Shown piece after piece: positions 26,144-34,467 of a DNA stretch of 37,612 bases (its first letter is position 1; each line of letters starts with the position of its first letter). Under the pieces are notes generated by a model. It ran no database searches, was not told the origin of the DNA, and saw nothing but the letters and a program-made list of their open reading frames with translations. The position numbers and the translations under genes were made by a program. Source of the DNA: Bdellovibrionales bacterium (lineage in GTDB: Bacteria; Pseudomonadota; Alphaproteobacteria; UBA9219; RFNS01); the NCBI GenBank assembly GCA_039808825.1, contig JBDHTV010000002.1, forward strand, positions 1-37,612, read 5' to 3'.

Positions 26144-27307
26144 ATGAACCGTCTTTTGGCACACCCCTTTCTGGCGCGCGGATTCCGCCCGTTTTTCTTC
26201 TTCGGTTCGCTCTACAGCCTGCTTTGCCTGGTGCTTTGGGGCGGGTTTTACGCCGGTATCGTCGTGCCCGGGCCATCATTTCTCGATCCGGTTTCCTGGC
26301 ATGCGCACGAAATGATTTTCGGCTTCACCATCGCAATTGTCGCCGGCTTCCTGCTGACTGCCGTTGCCAACTGGACCGGCGGCGCGCCAGCACGGCAGCT
26401 CCACCTGGCGCTGCTGTGTTTGCTGTGGATGATCGCCCGTATCGCGGTGAATTTTGATATGGGTTTGCCGCCCTGGCTTGCCATTCTGTTCACGACGGCC
26501 TTTATCCCTGCCCTGGCAATATCGTTGTCGATTCCGCTCATCCGCAGTTGGAGCAAACGCAATTTTGTTTTCCTGACTCTCCTCGGCGTGCTTTTTGGTT
26601 CTGACTTATATTTTCTGCTGACTCTGAGCCGTACGCCACTCTATGTGGCGCTGATGATGATACTGACGATGGTGTCGCTCATCGGCGGGCGGATTATTCC
26701 GTCTTTCACGGTGGCGGCGCTGCGCCGCAAGGGCATCATGGCTTTTCAGACGGATCAGCCCCGAACAGACTTCATCGCGCTCATGACGCTGATTGCGACC
26801 ACCCTATCGTTGATTTTCGCTCCCAACAGTCTTTGGCTGAGCGCCTCGGCGGGGGCGGCCGCAGCCGTTCACGGCCTTCGCATGCGGCATTATCACACCC
26901 TGCCCGCCTTGCGTGACCCGATGCTGTGGATTTTGCATGTTGGCTACAGCTGGCTTGTTCTTGGCCTCTTCCTGCTGGCGTTGACCGGAATTGGCGTCAC
27001 CACCATAGCCAGCGTTATTCACGCATTAACGGCCGGCTGTATCGGTTCAATGTGCCTCGGCATGATGTGCCGCGTGACTCTTGGCCACACGGGCCGACAG
27101 CAGCATGCCTCCAGGCTGACCGTCATCGCCTTCGGGCTGATTCAGGGCGCCGCTTTGCTCAGAGTCTTTGGTCCCATGATGCTGCCGGACCAGATGAGCA
27201 CCATCATCATAATCTCTGCGACCTTGTGGTCAGCAGCCTTCGGGCTCTATTTCTTTGCTTACGCGCCCATGCTCGTCAGCCGACGGATCGACAACCAGGA
27301 AGCCTAA
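26144..27307 (+). CDS. nnrS: NnrS family membrane protein (NO-stress associated)
   Basis: FLARGFRPFFFFGSLY, WHAHEMIFGF and a polytopic membrane pattern. It is adjacent to a Crp/Fnr regulator, as in nnrR-nnrS loci. Confidence 0.8.
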   Translation: MNRLLAHPFLARGFRPFFFFGSLYSLLCLVLWGGFYAGIVVPGPSFLDPVSWHAHEMIFGFTIAIVAGFLLTAVANWTGGAPARQLHLALLCLLWMIARIAVNFDMGLPPWLAILFTTAFIPALAISLSIPLIRSWSKRNFVFLTLLGVLFGSDLYFLLTLSRTPLYVALMMILTMVSLIGGRIIPSFTVAALRRKGIMAFQTDQPRTDFIALMTLIATTLSLIFAPNSLWLSASAGAAAAVHGLRMRHYHTLPALRDPMLWILHVGYSWLVLGLFLLALTGIGVTTIASVIHALTAGCIGSMCLGMMCRVTLGHTGRQQHASRLTVIAFGLIQGAALLRVFGPMMLPDQMSTIIIISATLWSAAFGLYFFAYAPMLVSRRIDNQEA

Positions 27308-27328
27308 ACCCCAGGCGCGGAGCGACGA

Positions 27329-28084
27329 TCAGCACGGCTTGCCAAACAGCGAGATATCGCAATAATCCGTCAAGGCCATCATATCGGTAATCGTTATCTC
27401 ACCGCTGGGGTTGGTCTTGACGCCATAGGGGGACAGTTTTGCCAAGGCGCGCGAGAACGTCTCTGGCCGGATGCTCAGTCGATGGGCGATGACCGATTTG
27501 TCATAGGGCAGGTTGACCGTCCAGAAACCACGGGCATTGCCCTCCTTGTGTTCACAAAATCTTAGCAGGAAGGCTCCAATTCTTTGTGGTGCCGTCCGTG
27601 TCGTGACTTGCTCGATCTGCTGTACCAGATAGTGTTGCCGTGATGCGATTGCGGCAAGGATACGCAAGGCGAACTGACTATCCTCCTCAATTTTCTGCAC
27701 GAAGAAGCTGCGCGGAATTTCCAGCAGCACAGTCTCTTCCAGCGCCTGAGCATGAACGGGATAGGTTCTGCTGTTGTTGAACACGGCCGCCTCGGCAAAG
27801 GACTCGCCGGGGCCGAGGACATGAATCACTGACTCTCCCCCCTCGCGCGACAAGCGATAGAGCTTGACCCAGCCTTTGAGAACGACATAGAAGGCCTCCG
27901 CCACATCGCCCATGGCAAAGATCTCACGGTTCTTCTGATAGGGGCGCTGATGCGCACGCTCCAGCAGCAAGGCGAGATCGGTATCTTCAATGCTTTGAAA
28001 CATTGCAGTGTTTTTTACGAGTCGGGCAATATCCATGATGATCTGCACTTGCTGTTGCATCCTCAGGCTCACATACTGCGGCAT
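27329..28084 (-). CDS. Crp/Fnr family regulator lacking an N-terminal Cys cluster (NnrR/Dnr-like by position)
   Basis: It has a cNMP-binding-like domain (FAMGDVAEAFYVVLKGWVKLYR) and the recognition helix PETFSRALAKL. It is convergent with nnrS and divergent from moaA. Confidence 0.8.
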   Translation of the reverse strand: MPQYVSLRMQQQVQIIMDIARLVKNTAMFQSIEDTDLALLLERAHQRPYQKNREIFAMGDVAEAFYVVLKGWVKLYRLSREGGESVIHVLGPGESFAEAAVFNNSRTYPVHAQALEETVLLEIPRSFFVQKIEEDSQFALRILAAIASRQHYLVQQIEQVTTRTAPQRIGAFLLRFCEHKEGNARGFWTVNLPYDKSVIAHRLSIRPETFSRALAKLSPYGVKTNPSGEITITDMMALTDYCDISLFGKPC

Positions 28085-28149
28085 CGTGCCGCAGAATAGA
28101 ATCGACCCTGCTTGCAGTGTTAATCTATTGAAATAAAAGGCGGCGCGAC

Positions 28150-28163
28150 TTGATTGTGGTCAA
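28150..28163. promoter_or_regulatory. FNR-type box TTGATTGTGGTCAA between the regulator gene and the moa operon
   Basis: TTGA-N6-TCAA. A TSS about 41 bp downstream (~28198) would give a ~133-nt moaA leader that contains the riboswitch. Confidence 0.65.
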
Positions 28164-28221
28164 GTTACGCCAGGCGCTTTACCGCCACTATGCGCCTGAA
28201 GAATTATCCGGAGAAGAACGC

Positions 28222-28328
28222 CGGATCGCTCCGAAGCCATTGAGCCTAAGTCGGTTGTCACCGATATGGCTTCTTGGCCGGGGTTGCGGGGGAAACGCCG
28301 CGGCCTCCCTGTCTGGAAAGGAGACGCC
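28222..28328 (+). promoter_or_regulatory. Moco (molybdenum cofactor) riboswitch in the moaA leader
   Basis: The 3' block GCCUCCCUGUCUGGAAAGGAG closely resembles the remembered E. coli moaA leader GCCUCCCGUAUCUGGAAAGG. A 5' CGCUCCGAAGCC block can pair with the GGAG RBS (P1). An internal perfect 8-bp stem forms between GAAGCCAT and ATGGCTTC. Confidence 0.7.
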
Positions 28329-28330
28329 AT

Positions 28331-29320
28331 ATGACAGCGAACACCGGCCTAGCGGATGCTTTTGGTCGCCGATTTTATTATCTCCGTCTGTCACTGACGG
28401 ACGTTTGTAATTTTCGCTGCAGCTACTGTCTTCCCAACGGCTACACAAAGTCAGGCTGCGACGATTTTCTGTCGCTGGACGAAATTACACGACTGGTGAC
28501 AGCCTTTTCCGCGTTAGGGATGAAGAAAATACGCCTCACCGGCGGGGAGCCGACATTACGAACGGATTTTGTCGCAATCGCCCGGTCAGTCAGTCGTATT
28601 CCCGGCATCCAGACAGTCGCGGTCACAACGAACGGCTACCGGCTGCGTGAACGCGCCGCTGCGTATGCGGCCGCAGGCATCAGATCCATCAATATCAGCA
28701 TCGACTCGCTCCGTCCCGCGATTTTTAGCCATATCACCGGCCATGACCGTCTGAATGAGATTCTGCAGGGGGTTGCCGCCTGCCGCGAAGCCGGGTTTCA
28801 GAAGATCAAAATCAATACGGTCCTGCTCAAGGGCGTGAATGACAGCGAGCTGGATGCCTTCATCGATTTTGTCGTCACCAAGAATCTTACCCTGCGCTTC
28901 ATCGAGCTGATGCGGACATTGGATAACAAGGACTATTTCGCGCAGTATCATGTCTCGAGTGACTTTATTACCAATACGCTGCGGGCGCGCGGGTGGCAGC
29001 AGACAATCCGTGCGCATGACGACGGGCCGGCAATCGAATATATGCATCCGGGCGGCACAGGGCGCATTGGCATCATTGCCCCCTATGGCAAGGATTTTTG
29101 TCAGAGCTGCAATCGCCTGCGGGTTTCGGCGCGCGGCAATCTGCACCTTTGCCTGTTTGGAGAGGAAGGCTATTCACTGCGGCGCTGGCTGCAGCATGAC
29201 GGGCAGGCTGCGGAGCTGCAGAGCCGGATCGTCAGTCTCCTGCAACATAAACGCGCCGGGCACGGGCTGCATCATCAAGACAGCGGCGCGACCCATCATC
29301 TGGCGTCCATCGGAGGATAA
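28331..29320 (+). CDS. moaA: GTP 3',8-cyclase (radical SAM)
   Basis: FGRRFYYLRLSLTDVCNFRCSYCLP motif, with the C-terminal CQSCNRLRVSARGNLHLCLF. The ATG at 28331 has GGAG 8 nt upstream. Confidence 0.9.
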   Translation: MTANTGLADAFGRRFYYLRLSLTDVCNFRCSYCLPNGYTKSGCDDFLSLDEITRLVTAFSALGMKKIRLTGGEPTLRTDFVAIARSVSRIPGIQTVAVTTNGYRLRERAAAYAAAGIRSINISIDSLRPAIFSHITGHDRLNEILQGVAACREAGFQKIKINTVLLKGVNDSELDAFIDFVVTKNLTLRFIELMRTLDNKDYFAQYHVSSDFITNTLRARGWQQTIRAHDDGPAIEYMHPGGTGRIGIIAPYGKDFCQSCNRLRVSARGNLHLCLFGEEGYSLRRWLQHDGQAAELQSRIVSLLQHKRAGHGLHHQDSGATHHLASIGG

Positions 29321-29325
29321 TCATC

Positions 29326-30339
29326 ATGCTGCCCAGTTCGGCTTTCCTGCAGTTTCCTGATACCTGCGTTGCCCAGTTCAAGATGATTGATGTTGGACGC
29401 AAGCGGCCGACCTGGCGCATGGCGGTGGCAAGCGGCAGCATTGTGCTGGGCGCAGAAGCATATGCCGCCCTGAAGGCCGGGACGTTGCCAAAAGGCAATG
29501 TCCTCGCCCTGGCCGAGGCTGCCGCCATCATGGCCGCCAAGAATACCCCGAATACGATACCGCTCTGTCATACGCTGCCGCTCGATCAGGCAACCGTCCA
29601 CTTTGAGCTCCAGGACGACGACCAGGCCGTCATTGCCTATTGCCAGGTGCGTGCGCATGCCAAAACAGGTGTCGAGATGGAAGCACTGTGCGGCACCCAG
29701 GCGGCCTTGCTGACGCTTTGGGATCTGACCAAAGGTGTAGACCCCAATTTATCCATTCACACTGTTCGCCTGCTGGTCAAAAGCGGGGGTAAAAGCGGAC
29801 TCTGGATTAATCCTGCTGGCATTCCTGACTGGCTGCGGCAGCAATTGCCGCAGAACGAGCTGGCCGGCACCAGCGCGGCCGTGCTGGTCATGAGCGACCG
29901 GGCAAGCCGCGGCACCTACGCCGATGAATCTGGCGCTTTTCTGCGCACCGCACTCGCCGCGGCCGGAGCCGACGTCGTCGGCTACGAGGTCGTGCCTGAC
30001 GAAATGACCACAATTGCCGCTTCGCTGCGCCAGATCATTCGCGCGCATCAACCCGATATCCTGCTGGCCTCCGGGGGCACAGGCCCCGGCCCCCGCGATG
30101 TCACCCCCGATGTCCTGGTCGCGTTATGCGATAAAATGCTGGATGGTCTGGGCGACCTGCTGCGCCAGGAAAGCCAGCACATCACGGAAACGGCCTGGTT
30201 ATCGCGAATGACCGCCGGCATGAAGGACGGGACGCTGATTATTGCCCTGCCGGGCAGCCTGAAGGCTGTTCGAGAGTGCTGGGATATACTGCGGCCCTTT
30301 ATCGGCACGGCTCTCAGCAGAATCAAACAACAATCTTGA
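29326..30339 (+). CDS. moaC: Bifunctional MoaC (cyclic pyranopterin monophosphate synthase) / MoaB-Mog domain protein
   Basis: The N-terminal half has MoaC motifs (KGNVLALAEAAAIMAAKNTPNTIPLCH, VEMEAL). The C-terminal half has MogA/MoaB motifs (VLVMSDRASRG, SGGTGPGPRDVTPD). Confidence 0.85.
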   Translation: MLPSSAFLQFPDTCVAQFKMIDVGRKRPTWRMAVASGSIVLGAEAYAALKAGTLPKGNVLALAEAAAIMAAKNTPNTIPLCHTLPLDQATVHFELQDDDQAVIAYCQVRAHAKTGVEMEALCGTQAALLTLWDLTKGVDPNLSIHTVRLLVKSGGKSGLWINPAGIPDWLRQQLPQNELAGTSAAVLVMSDRASRGTYADESGAFLRTALAAAGADVVGYEVVPDEMTTIAASLRQIIRAHQPDILLASGGTGPGPRDVTPDVLVALCDKMLDGLGDLLRQESQHITETAWLSRMTAGMKDGTLIIALPGSLKAVRECWDILRPFIGTALSRIKQQS

Positions 30340-30353
30340 TTGCGGACAGCAAG

Positions 30354-30602
30354 ATGACAACGGTTCATATCAAATATTTTGGGGTGTTTCGCACCATGGG
30401 GAGCGGAATAGAGCTGGAAATCCCCGTCGGTTCGACCGTCGCGGCGGTCAAGACAGCGTTATGGCAGGCGCTGGGCGCTGAGCATCGCCAACTCGTCGAA
30501 GACTCGGCGCTCGCGGACAATATCGCAATTTTGTCCAATGACGCTCAACTCGCGGTTGATTCTCGCGCGCTTGTCATTCTGCCGCCGGTCTGTGGAGGCT
30601 AG
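30354..30602 (+). CDS. moaD: Molybdopterin synthase sulfur-carrier subunit
   Basis: 82-aa ubiquitin-like protein ending in ...PPVCGG (C-terminal Gly-Gly). Confidence 0.8.
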   Translation: MTTVHIKYFGVFRTMGSGIELEIPVGSTVAAVKTALWQALGAEHRQLVEDSALADNIAILSNDAQLAVDSRALVILPPVCGG

Positions 30603-30604
30603 CC

Positions 30605-31042
30605 GTGCCGTCACGAATTGCGGTGCATATACTGCAAACACCTCTCACGATGCGTGCCGCGCTGGATGCGGTGCGCGACCCCGGACACGGCGCCATCGAT
30701 TTTTTTGCGGGTGTCGTGCGCAACCACCACGAGGGCAAGCAAGTCAGCGGCATCACTTATGACGTTCATGAACCGCTCGCGCTCCGCACCATGCAGGCCA
30801 TTTGTGAGGAAGGCAGCACCCAGTGGCCGGGTGCCCATTTCTATGTGGCGCATTTTCAAGGGCAGCTGGCGGTTGGCGAGATCAGCGTACTCATCGCGGT
30901 GAGCACGCCGCACCGGGCGGACTGCTTCGCGGCCTGTCGTCATGTCATCGAAGCCATCAAAACCCGGCTTCCGGTATGGAAGCAGGAACATTACATGGAC
31001 GGTAAAAGCGCCTGGTTACCGGGGCACTCACTCAATGGCTAG
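30605..31042 (+). CDS. moaE: Molybdopterin synthase catalytic subunit
   Basis: GAIDFFAGVVRNHHEGKQV, SVLIAVSTPHRADCFAACRHVIEAIKTRLPVWKQE. GTG start 2 nt after the moaD stop. Confidence 0.85.
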   Translation: MPSRIAVHILQTPLTMRAALDAVRDPGHGAIDFFAGVVRNHHEGKQVSGITYDVHEPLALRTMQAICEEGSTQWPGAHFYVAHFQGQLAVGEISVLIAVSTPHRADCFAACRHVIEAIKTRLPVWKQEHYMDGKSAWLPGHSLNG

Positions 31043-31559
31043 GGCGCAGCAATCGATCGCGGGGGTCGTCCTCGCCGGGGGGCGTTCATCGCGGATGGGG
31101 CAAAACAAAGCCATGCTTGATTATCGTGGCCAGCCATTGGTCGCGCATATGGTTGCCCTGCTGCAGCAGATTGGTATTGCCCACCCCCTGATCAGTGGCA
31201 CCGTTCAAGGGTATGATGGCTTGCCCGACCACACCCCCTTTCAGGGGCCGGGCATCGCCATGGCCACTATCATGACAACCAACCCCGCCCCGGCGGGGTA
31301 CCTATTCGTGCCGGTCGATATGCCGCTGCTGAACGCCGAACTCCTGCAGCGGCTGCTCCACCAGCCGGGGGGATCCTATTACCGGGATTATCCCCTGCCC
31401 GCCTATTTTGTGCCGCCATACCGCCCCAGCCATGCGCCTTCGGTTCGCGAGCTTCTGGCTTTACACGCAATCAAGCCCATCGCTCTCCCGGACGGCGCTG
31501 CCGGTTTTATGCGGAACTTCAACACCCAACAAGAATGGCAGGAGCTAACCCAATCATGA
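31035..31559 (+). CDS. mobA: Molybdenum cofactor guanylyltransferase
   Basis: GVVLAGGRSSRMGQNKAML motif. The ATG at 31035 overlaps the moaE 3' end by 8 nt. Confidence 0.8.
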   Translation: MARAQQSIAGVVLAGGRSSRMGQNKAMLDYRGQPLVAHMVALLQQIGIAHPLISGTVQGYDGLPDHTPFQGPGIAMATIMTTNPAPAGYLFVPVDMPLLNAELLQRLLHQPGGSYYRDYPLPAYFVPPYRPSHAPSVRELLALHAIKPIALPDGAAGFMRNFNTQQEWQELTQS

Positions 31560-31900
31560 ATCTCAAGCTTGCCGAGCATTCCCTCACTTGCAAAATATCG
31601 CCCGACGAACTCCAGCAGCTGGAGGCTGGCCAGAGACTGCGCATGGCGCTGCCGACGCGGCCCTTCGCCATCGGTCTCGAAATCTGGCAAGACGGTCAGC
31701 AGCCGCACTTCGCCGCAACCAATAGCGGCCAAACGATTGCTTTGATTCTCACACTCCCCAAGGACGCCGTGGCGTTGCTCAGAAACATCGGCAGGAATCG
31801 CGATGGCATCCGGCTGATGAGCGATGGTCTGGAACTCGTCGTGCAGGTCGATATCCGCAACGACAAGCGACCACGGCAGGAAGCTGCGCGAGCTTCCTAG
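31556..31900 (+). CDS. Conserved-looking hypothetical small protein coupled to mobA
   Basis: ATGA overlap with the mobA stop. 114 aa: MNLKLAEHSLTCKISPDELQQLEAGQ...LELVVQVDIRND. No function recognised. Confidence 0.5.
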   Translation: MNLKLAEHSLTCKISPDELQQLEAGQRLRMALPTRPFAIGLEIWQDGQQPHFAATNSGQTIALILTLPKDAVALLRNIGRNRDGIRLMSDGLELVVQVDIRNDKRPRQEAARAS

Positions 31901-31921
31901 CCCCGCCATATTCTTCCCGGT

Positions 31922-33004
31922 TTATGTCTGCGGACCCTGCTGCAACCAGGCCTGATAGCCGCCGGCAAGGCTTAACATTTTCTGATAGCCGCGTTGCGCT
32001 AGGATTTCGACCGCGCGACGGCTGCGCGCGCCTCTTTGGCAATAGACAACCAGCAGAACGTCGCGCGGCAGGACACAATCGTCGCCAGCTTCCAAAGATG
32101 ATAGCGGGGCAAGCACCGCATTCGGAACATGCCCTTGCGCCCACTCACTCTGTTCGCGCACATCGACCATGACAAAATTGCTTGCCAGCGTGGCCAGCTT
32201 GCTCGCGGCGACTTCTCGCACCGCAACGCACCCCGCAGCATCCTGCGGGAGTGTAACGGCATCTCTGGCATGGGCACAAACCGCACATTGCGGATTCCTG
32301 GCTACCGCCAGCGTTTGTGTGGTCATTGTCTTGCCATCAAGCAACCAGAGCTTGCCGATTAAGGGCTCAAAACCCCCGTCGCCCACTAGCAGCTGTATGG
32401 CCTGCAAGGCCTGCGTTACCCCGACAAGACCAACAACCGCCCCAAGCACGCCCGCTTCCGCACAGTTCATAATTTTGGCCTTGGGCGGTTCAGGATACAA
32501 ACAACGGTAGCACGGACCTGCTGCCGAGCCGAACACGGCGACCTGGCCATCAAAATTCTGTATCGCGCCATACACCCATGGCTTGCCCGTCTTATACGCC
32601 GCGTCGTTGATGAGAAATTTTGTCGAAAAATTATCGGTACCGTCAAGAATGATGTCGTAGGCTTCAAAAAGCTGACAAGCGTTAGCAGCAGAGAGCGCGG
32701 TATTGTGCGCCTCTAGCTTTATCTGCGGGTTGAAGGCGGCAAGCCGGTCTCTGGCCTGGAGTACTTTTGGCCTGTCAACATCGTCGCTGGTATAGAGTAT
32801 CTGGCGTTGCAGATTGGTTTCATCGACGACATCAAAATCAACCAGGCCGATGCGCCCAACGCCCGCCGCTGCCAAATAGAGCGCGGCTGGCGACCCCAGG
32901 CCGCCGACACCGACACAGAGCACAGACGCCCGCGCGAGGCGATCTTGCCCTTTTACGCCTATCTCTTTTAATGCTGTTTGTCGTGCATAGCGTTCATTGC
33001 TCAT
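31922..33004 (-). CDS. moeB: Molybdopterin-synthase adenylyltransferase with C-terminal rhodanese domain (MoeB/MoeZ type)
   Basis: ThiF/MoeB fold (VLCVGVGGLGSPAALYLAAAGVGRIGLVDFDVVDETNLQRQ), a CxxC pair, and rhodanese VVYCQRGARS. Confidence 0.85.
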   Translation of the reverse strand: MSNERYARQTALKEIGVKGQDRLARASVLCVGVGGLGSPAALYLAAAGVGRIGLVDFDVVDETNLQRQILYTSDDVDRPKVLQARDRLAAFNPQIKLEAHNTALSAANACQLFEAYDIILDGTDNFSTKFLINDAAYKTGKPWVYGAIQNFDGQVAVFGSAAGPCYRCLYPEPPKAKIMNCAEAGVLGAVVGLVGVTQALQAIQLLVGDGGFEPLIGKLWLLDGKTMTTQTLAVARNPQCAVCAHARDAVTLPQDAAGCVAVREVAASKLATLASNFVMVDVREQSEWAQGHVPNAVLAPLSSLEAGDDCVLPRDVLLVVYCQRGARSRRAVEILAQRGYQKMLSLAGGYQAWLQQGPQT

Positions 33005-33096
33005 GGCACGATACTAAGATGCAGCGCCAACATTGCCAATGACAAACAGAAGTTCCCGCGGGCGCTATCCGGCTGCAAGGCTGCGGCGAACCCCCG

Positions 33097-33597
33097 TTAA
33101 CCTTGAGAATTCCTGCTGACGGAACGCCGAAGCGGCAGCATTACGCTTTCGGCAAGCTTTTTCTGCAGCGCCAGCATCATTTCGAGTTGCCGAACCGCGC
33201 TATCGCAGAAGCTCTTGTTCGTCGCCAGCCACTCGCCAGCAACCGGCCACACCGGCGTCAGCGGTGTCGCCGATGTCGTTTGCGCAACCGTGCCGCGCGC
33301 AAAAGCAAGCGCCAAATCCGTCATCTTATCAACGTTCGCCATTGTCTGGTCCGTGACTGTCAGACAGGCCTGCATGTGCTGCACACGGATTGTGTCCAGA
33401 TGCTGCCACGCACTTCCCGCCATCATTTTGTATGATCCCAGAATCTCAGCGAACGATGCCCCCGGTGTCGCGTCCTCGGTTTCCGCCGCATCAGCCAGTG
33501 CAGATACCGTTACGAACTCATCCGGCTGATCTGCATACGTCGTTTTTTGTTTTGCTTGTCCTGCTTGATTGGCCACGCTCCGCTCCATCTCTCGCAT
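33097..33597 (-). CDS. Hypothetical protein preceded by an FNR box
   Basis: 166-aa ORF with plausible composition and an FNR-type box about 107 bp upstream. No motif recognised; a phasin-like helical protein is only a guess. Confidence 0.5.
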   Translation of the reverse strand: MREMERSVANQAGQAKQKTTYADQPDEFVTVSALADAAETEDATPGASFAEILGSYKMMAGSAWQHLDTIRVQHMQACLTVTDQTMANVDKMTDLALAFARGTVAQTTSATPLTPVWPVAGEWLATNKSFCDSAVRQLEMMLALQKKLAESVMLPLRRSVSRNSQG

Positions 33598-33703
33598 TCA
33601 TCGCGCATGTTGAACAATTGCCATGCCGTAGAAACTTTTAGAATTTGCATAACTATCCTGCCCAGCCCGTATCCCAACATAATGGGGTAAAATTGAAATA
33701 TCC

Positions 33704-33717
33704 TTGACTTGCGTCAA
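33704..33717. promoter_or_regulatory. FNR-type box TTGACTTGCGTCAA
   Basis: TTGA-N6-TCAA upstream of the 33097..33597 gene. On the other side it faces an 870-bp non-coding region. Confidence 0.6.
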
Positions 33718-34199
33718 TTCTGCATTGCGTCGCTTACACTGCAACCGAGGCAAGTGGATAACCCTCGCATGTAGCAAGTAGAATGGTTCTTTCGCGCTTC
33801 AAGTTGTGCAATTCATTAGATCCGGTCAACACATATGAGGATCAAGAATTTAGGTTACTGTTCTGGAGTTGTGCCCCCCGGTCTTGTAGGCACTTCTTAA
33901 CTCCCAACTGGAAGCTATTCGAACGCCAACGTGCTCAGCAGGCCTAGATTGCTGTGCTGCTCGGTGCGATTGTAGAAACCATCAATATAGTCAAATCGGT
34001 CTGGTCTGGGTCCGTTAGACATCCTGGATGCTCCCCAAACTGCTCCCCAAAATTCCGAAGCGGCCAGATTATAGAGGAAACAATCTGAGAAACAGGATCA
34101 ATAAGAATGGCGAGAACTCCAGCATTTCTGTGACTTTGAGAAGAAATGAGAGGCCTCATGAAATTCTCGTTGCCGAATTTCAAGACCGGAGCAATCAAC

Positions 34200-34425
34200 C
34201 GCTCTGCCACCCATCCACTTCTCCAAACATCTACCGCTTTAGGATGCGGTTGATATCATAAATTATTGCCTGCTCTCGCAGGCGGGCGCTCTGCCACCCA
34301 TCCGCTGCTCCAAACATCCACCGCTTTAGGATGCAGTTGATATCGTGAATTTTTGCCTGCTATCGCAGGCGGGCGCTCTGCCGCCCATCCACTTCTCCAA
34401 ACATCCAACGGTTTAGAATTGGATA
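34200..34425. repeat. Tandem repeat, 87-bp unit, about 2.5 copies
   Basis: Units start at 34200, 34287 and 34374 with CGCTCTGCC(A/G)CCCATCC. Units 1 and 2 differ at roughly 10 of 87 positions. Each full unit contains the hairpins ACCGC-N8-GCGGT and GCCTGC-TCTC-GCAGGC. Confidence 0.8.
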
Positions 34426-34467
34426 CAACAGCAAACGGCTCAGGCCAACGGTTTTCGGCCCATTTTC

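Noticed and set aside
33944-34261. Track ORFs 33944..34210 (-) and 34028..34261 (+)
   Set aside because: They overlap each other, start or end inside the repeat unit, and have odd composition with no RBS or motif. The same frame is stopped in the next repeat copy. They are probably non-coding.
34200-34425. CRISPR array or rho-independent terminators as an explanation for the 87-bp repeats
   Set aside because: The whole 87-bp unit repeats without unique spacers, so it is not CRISPR. The GC hairpins are not followed by a U-run on either strand, so they are not classical terminators.
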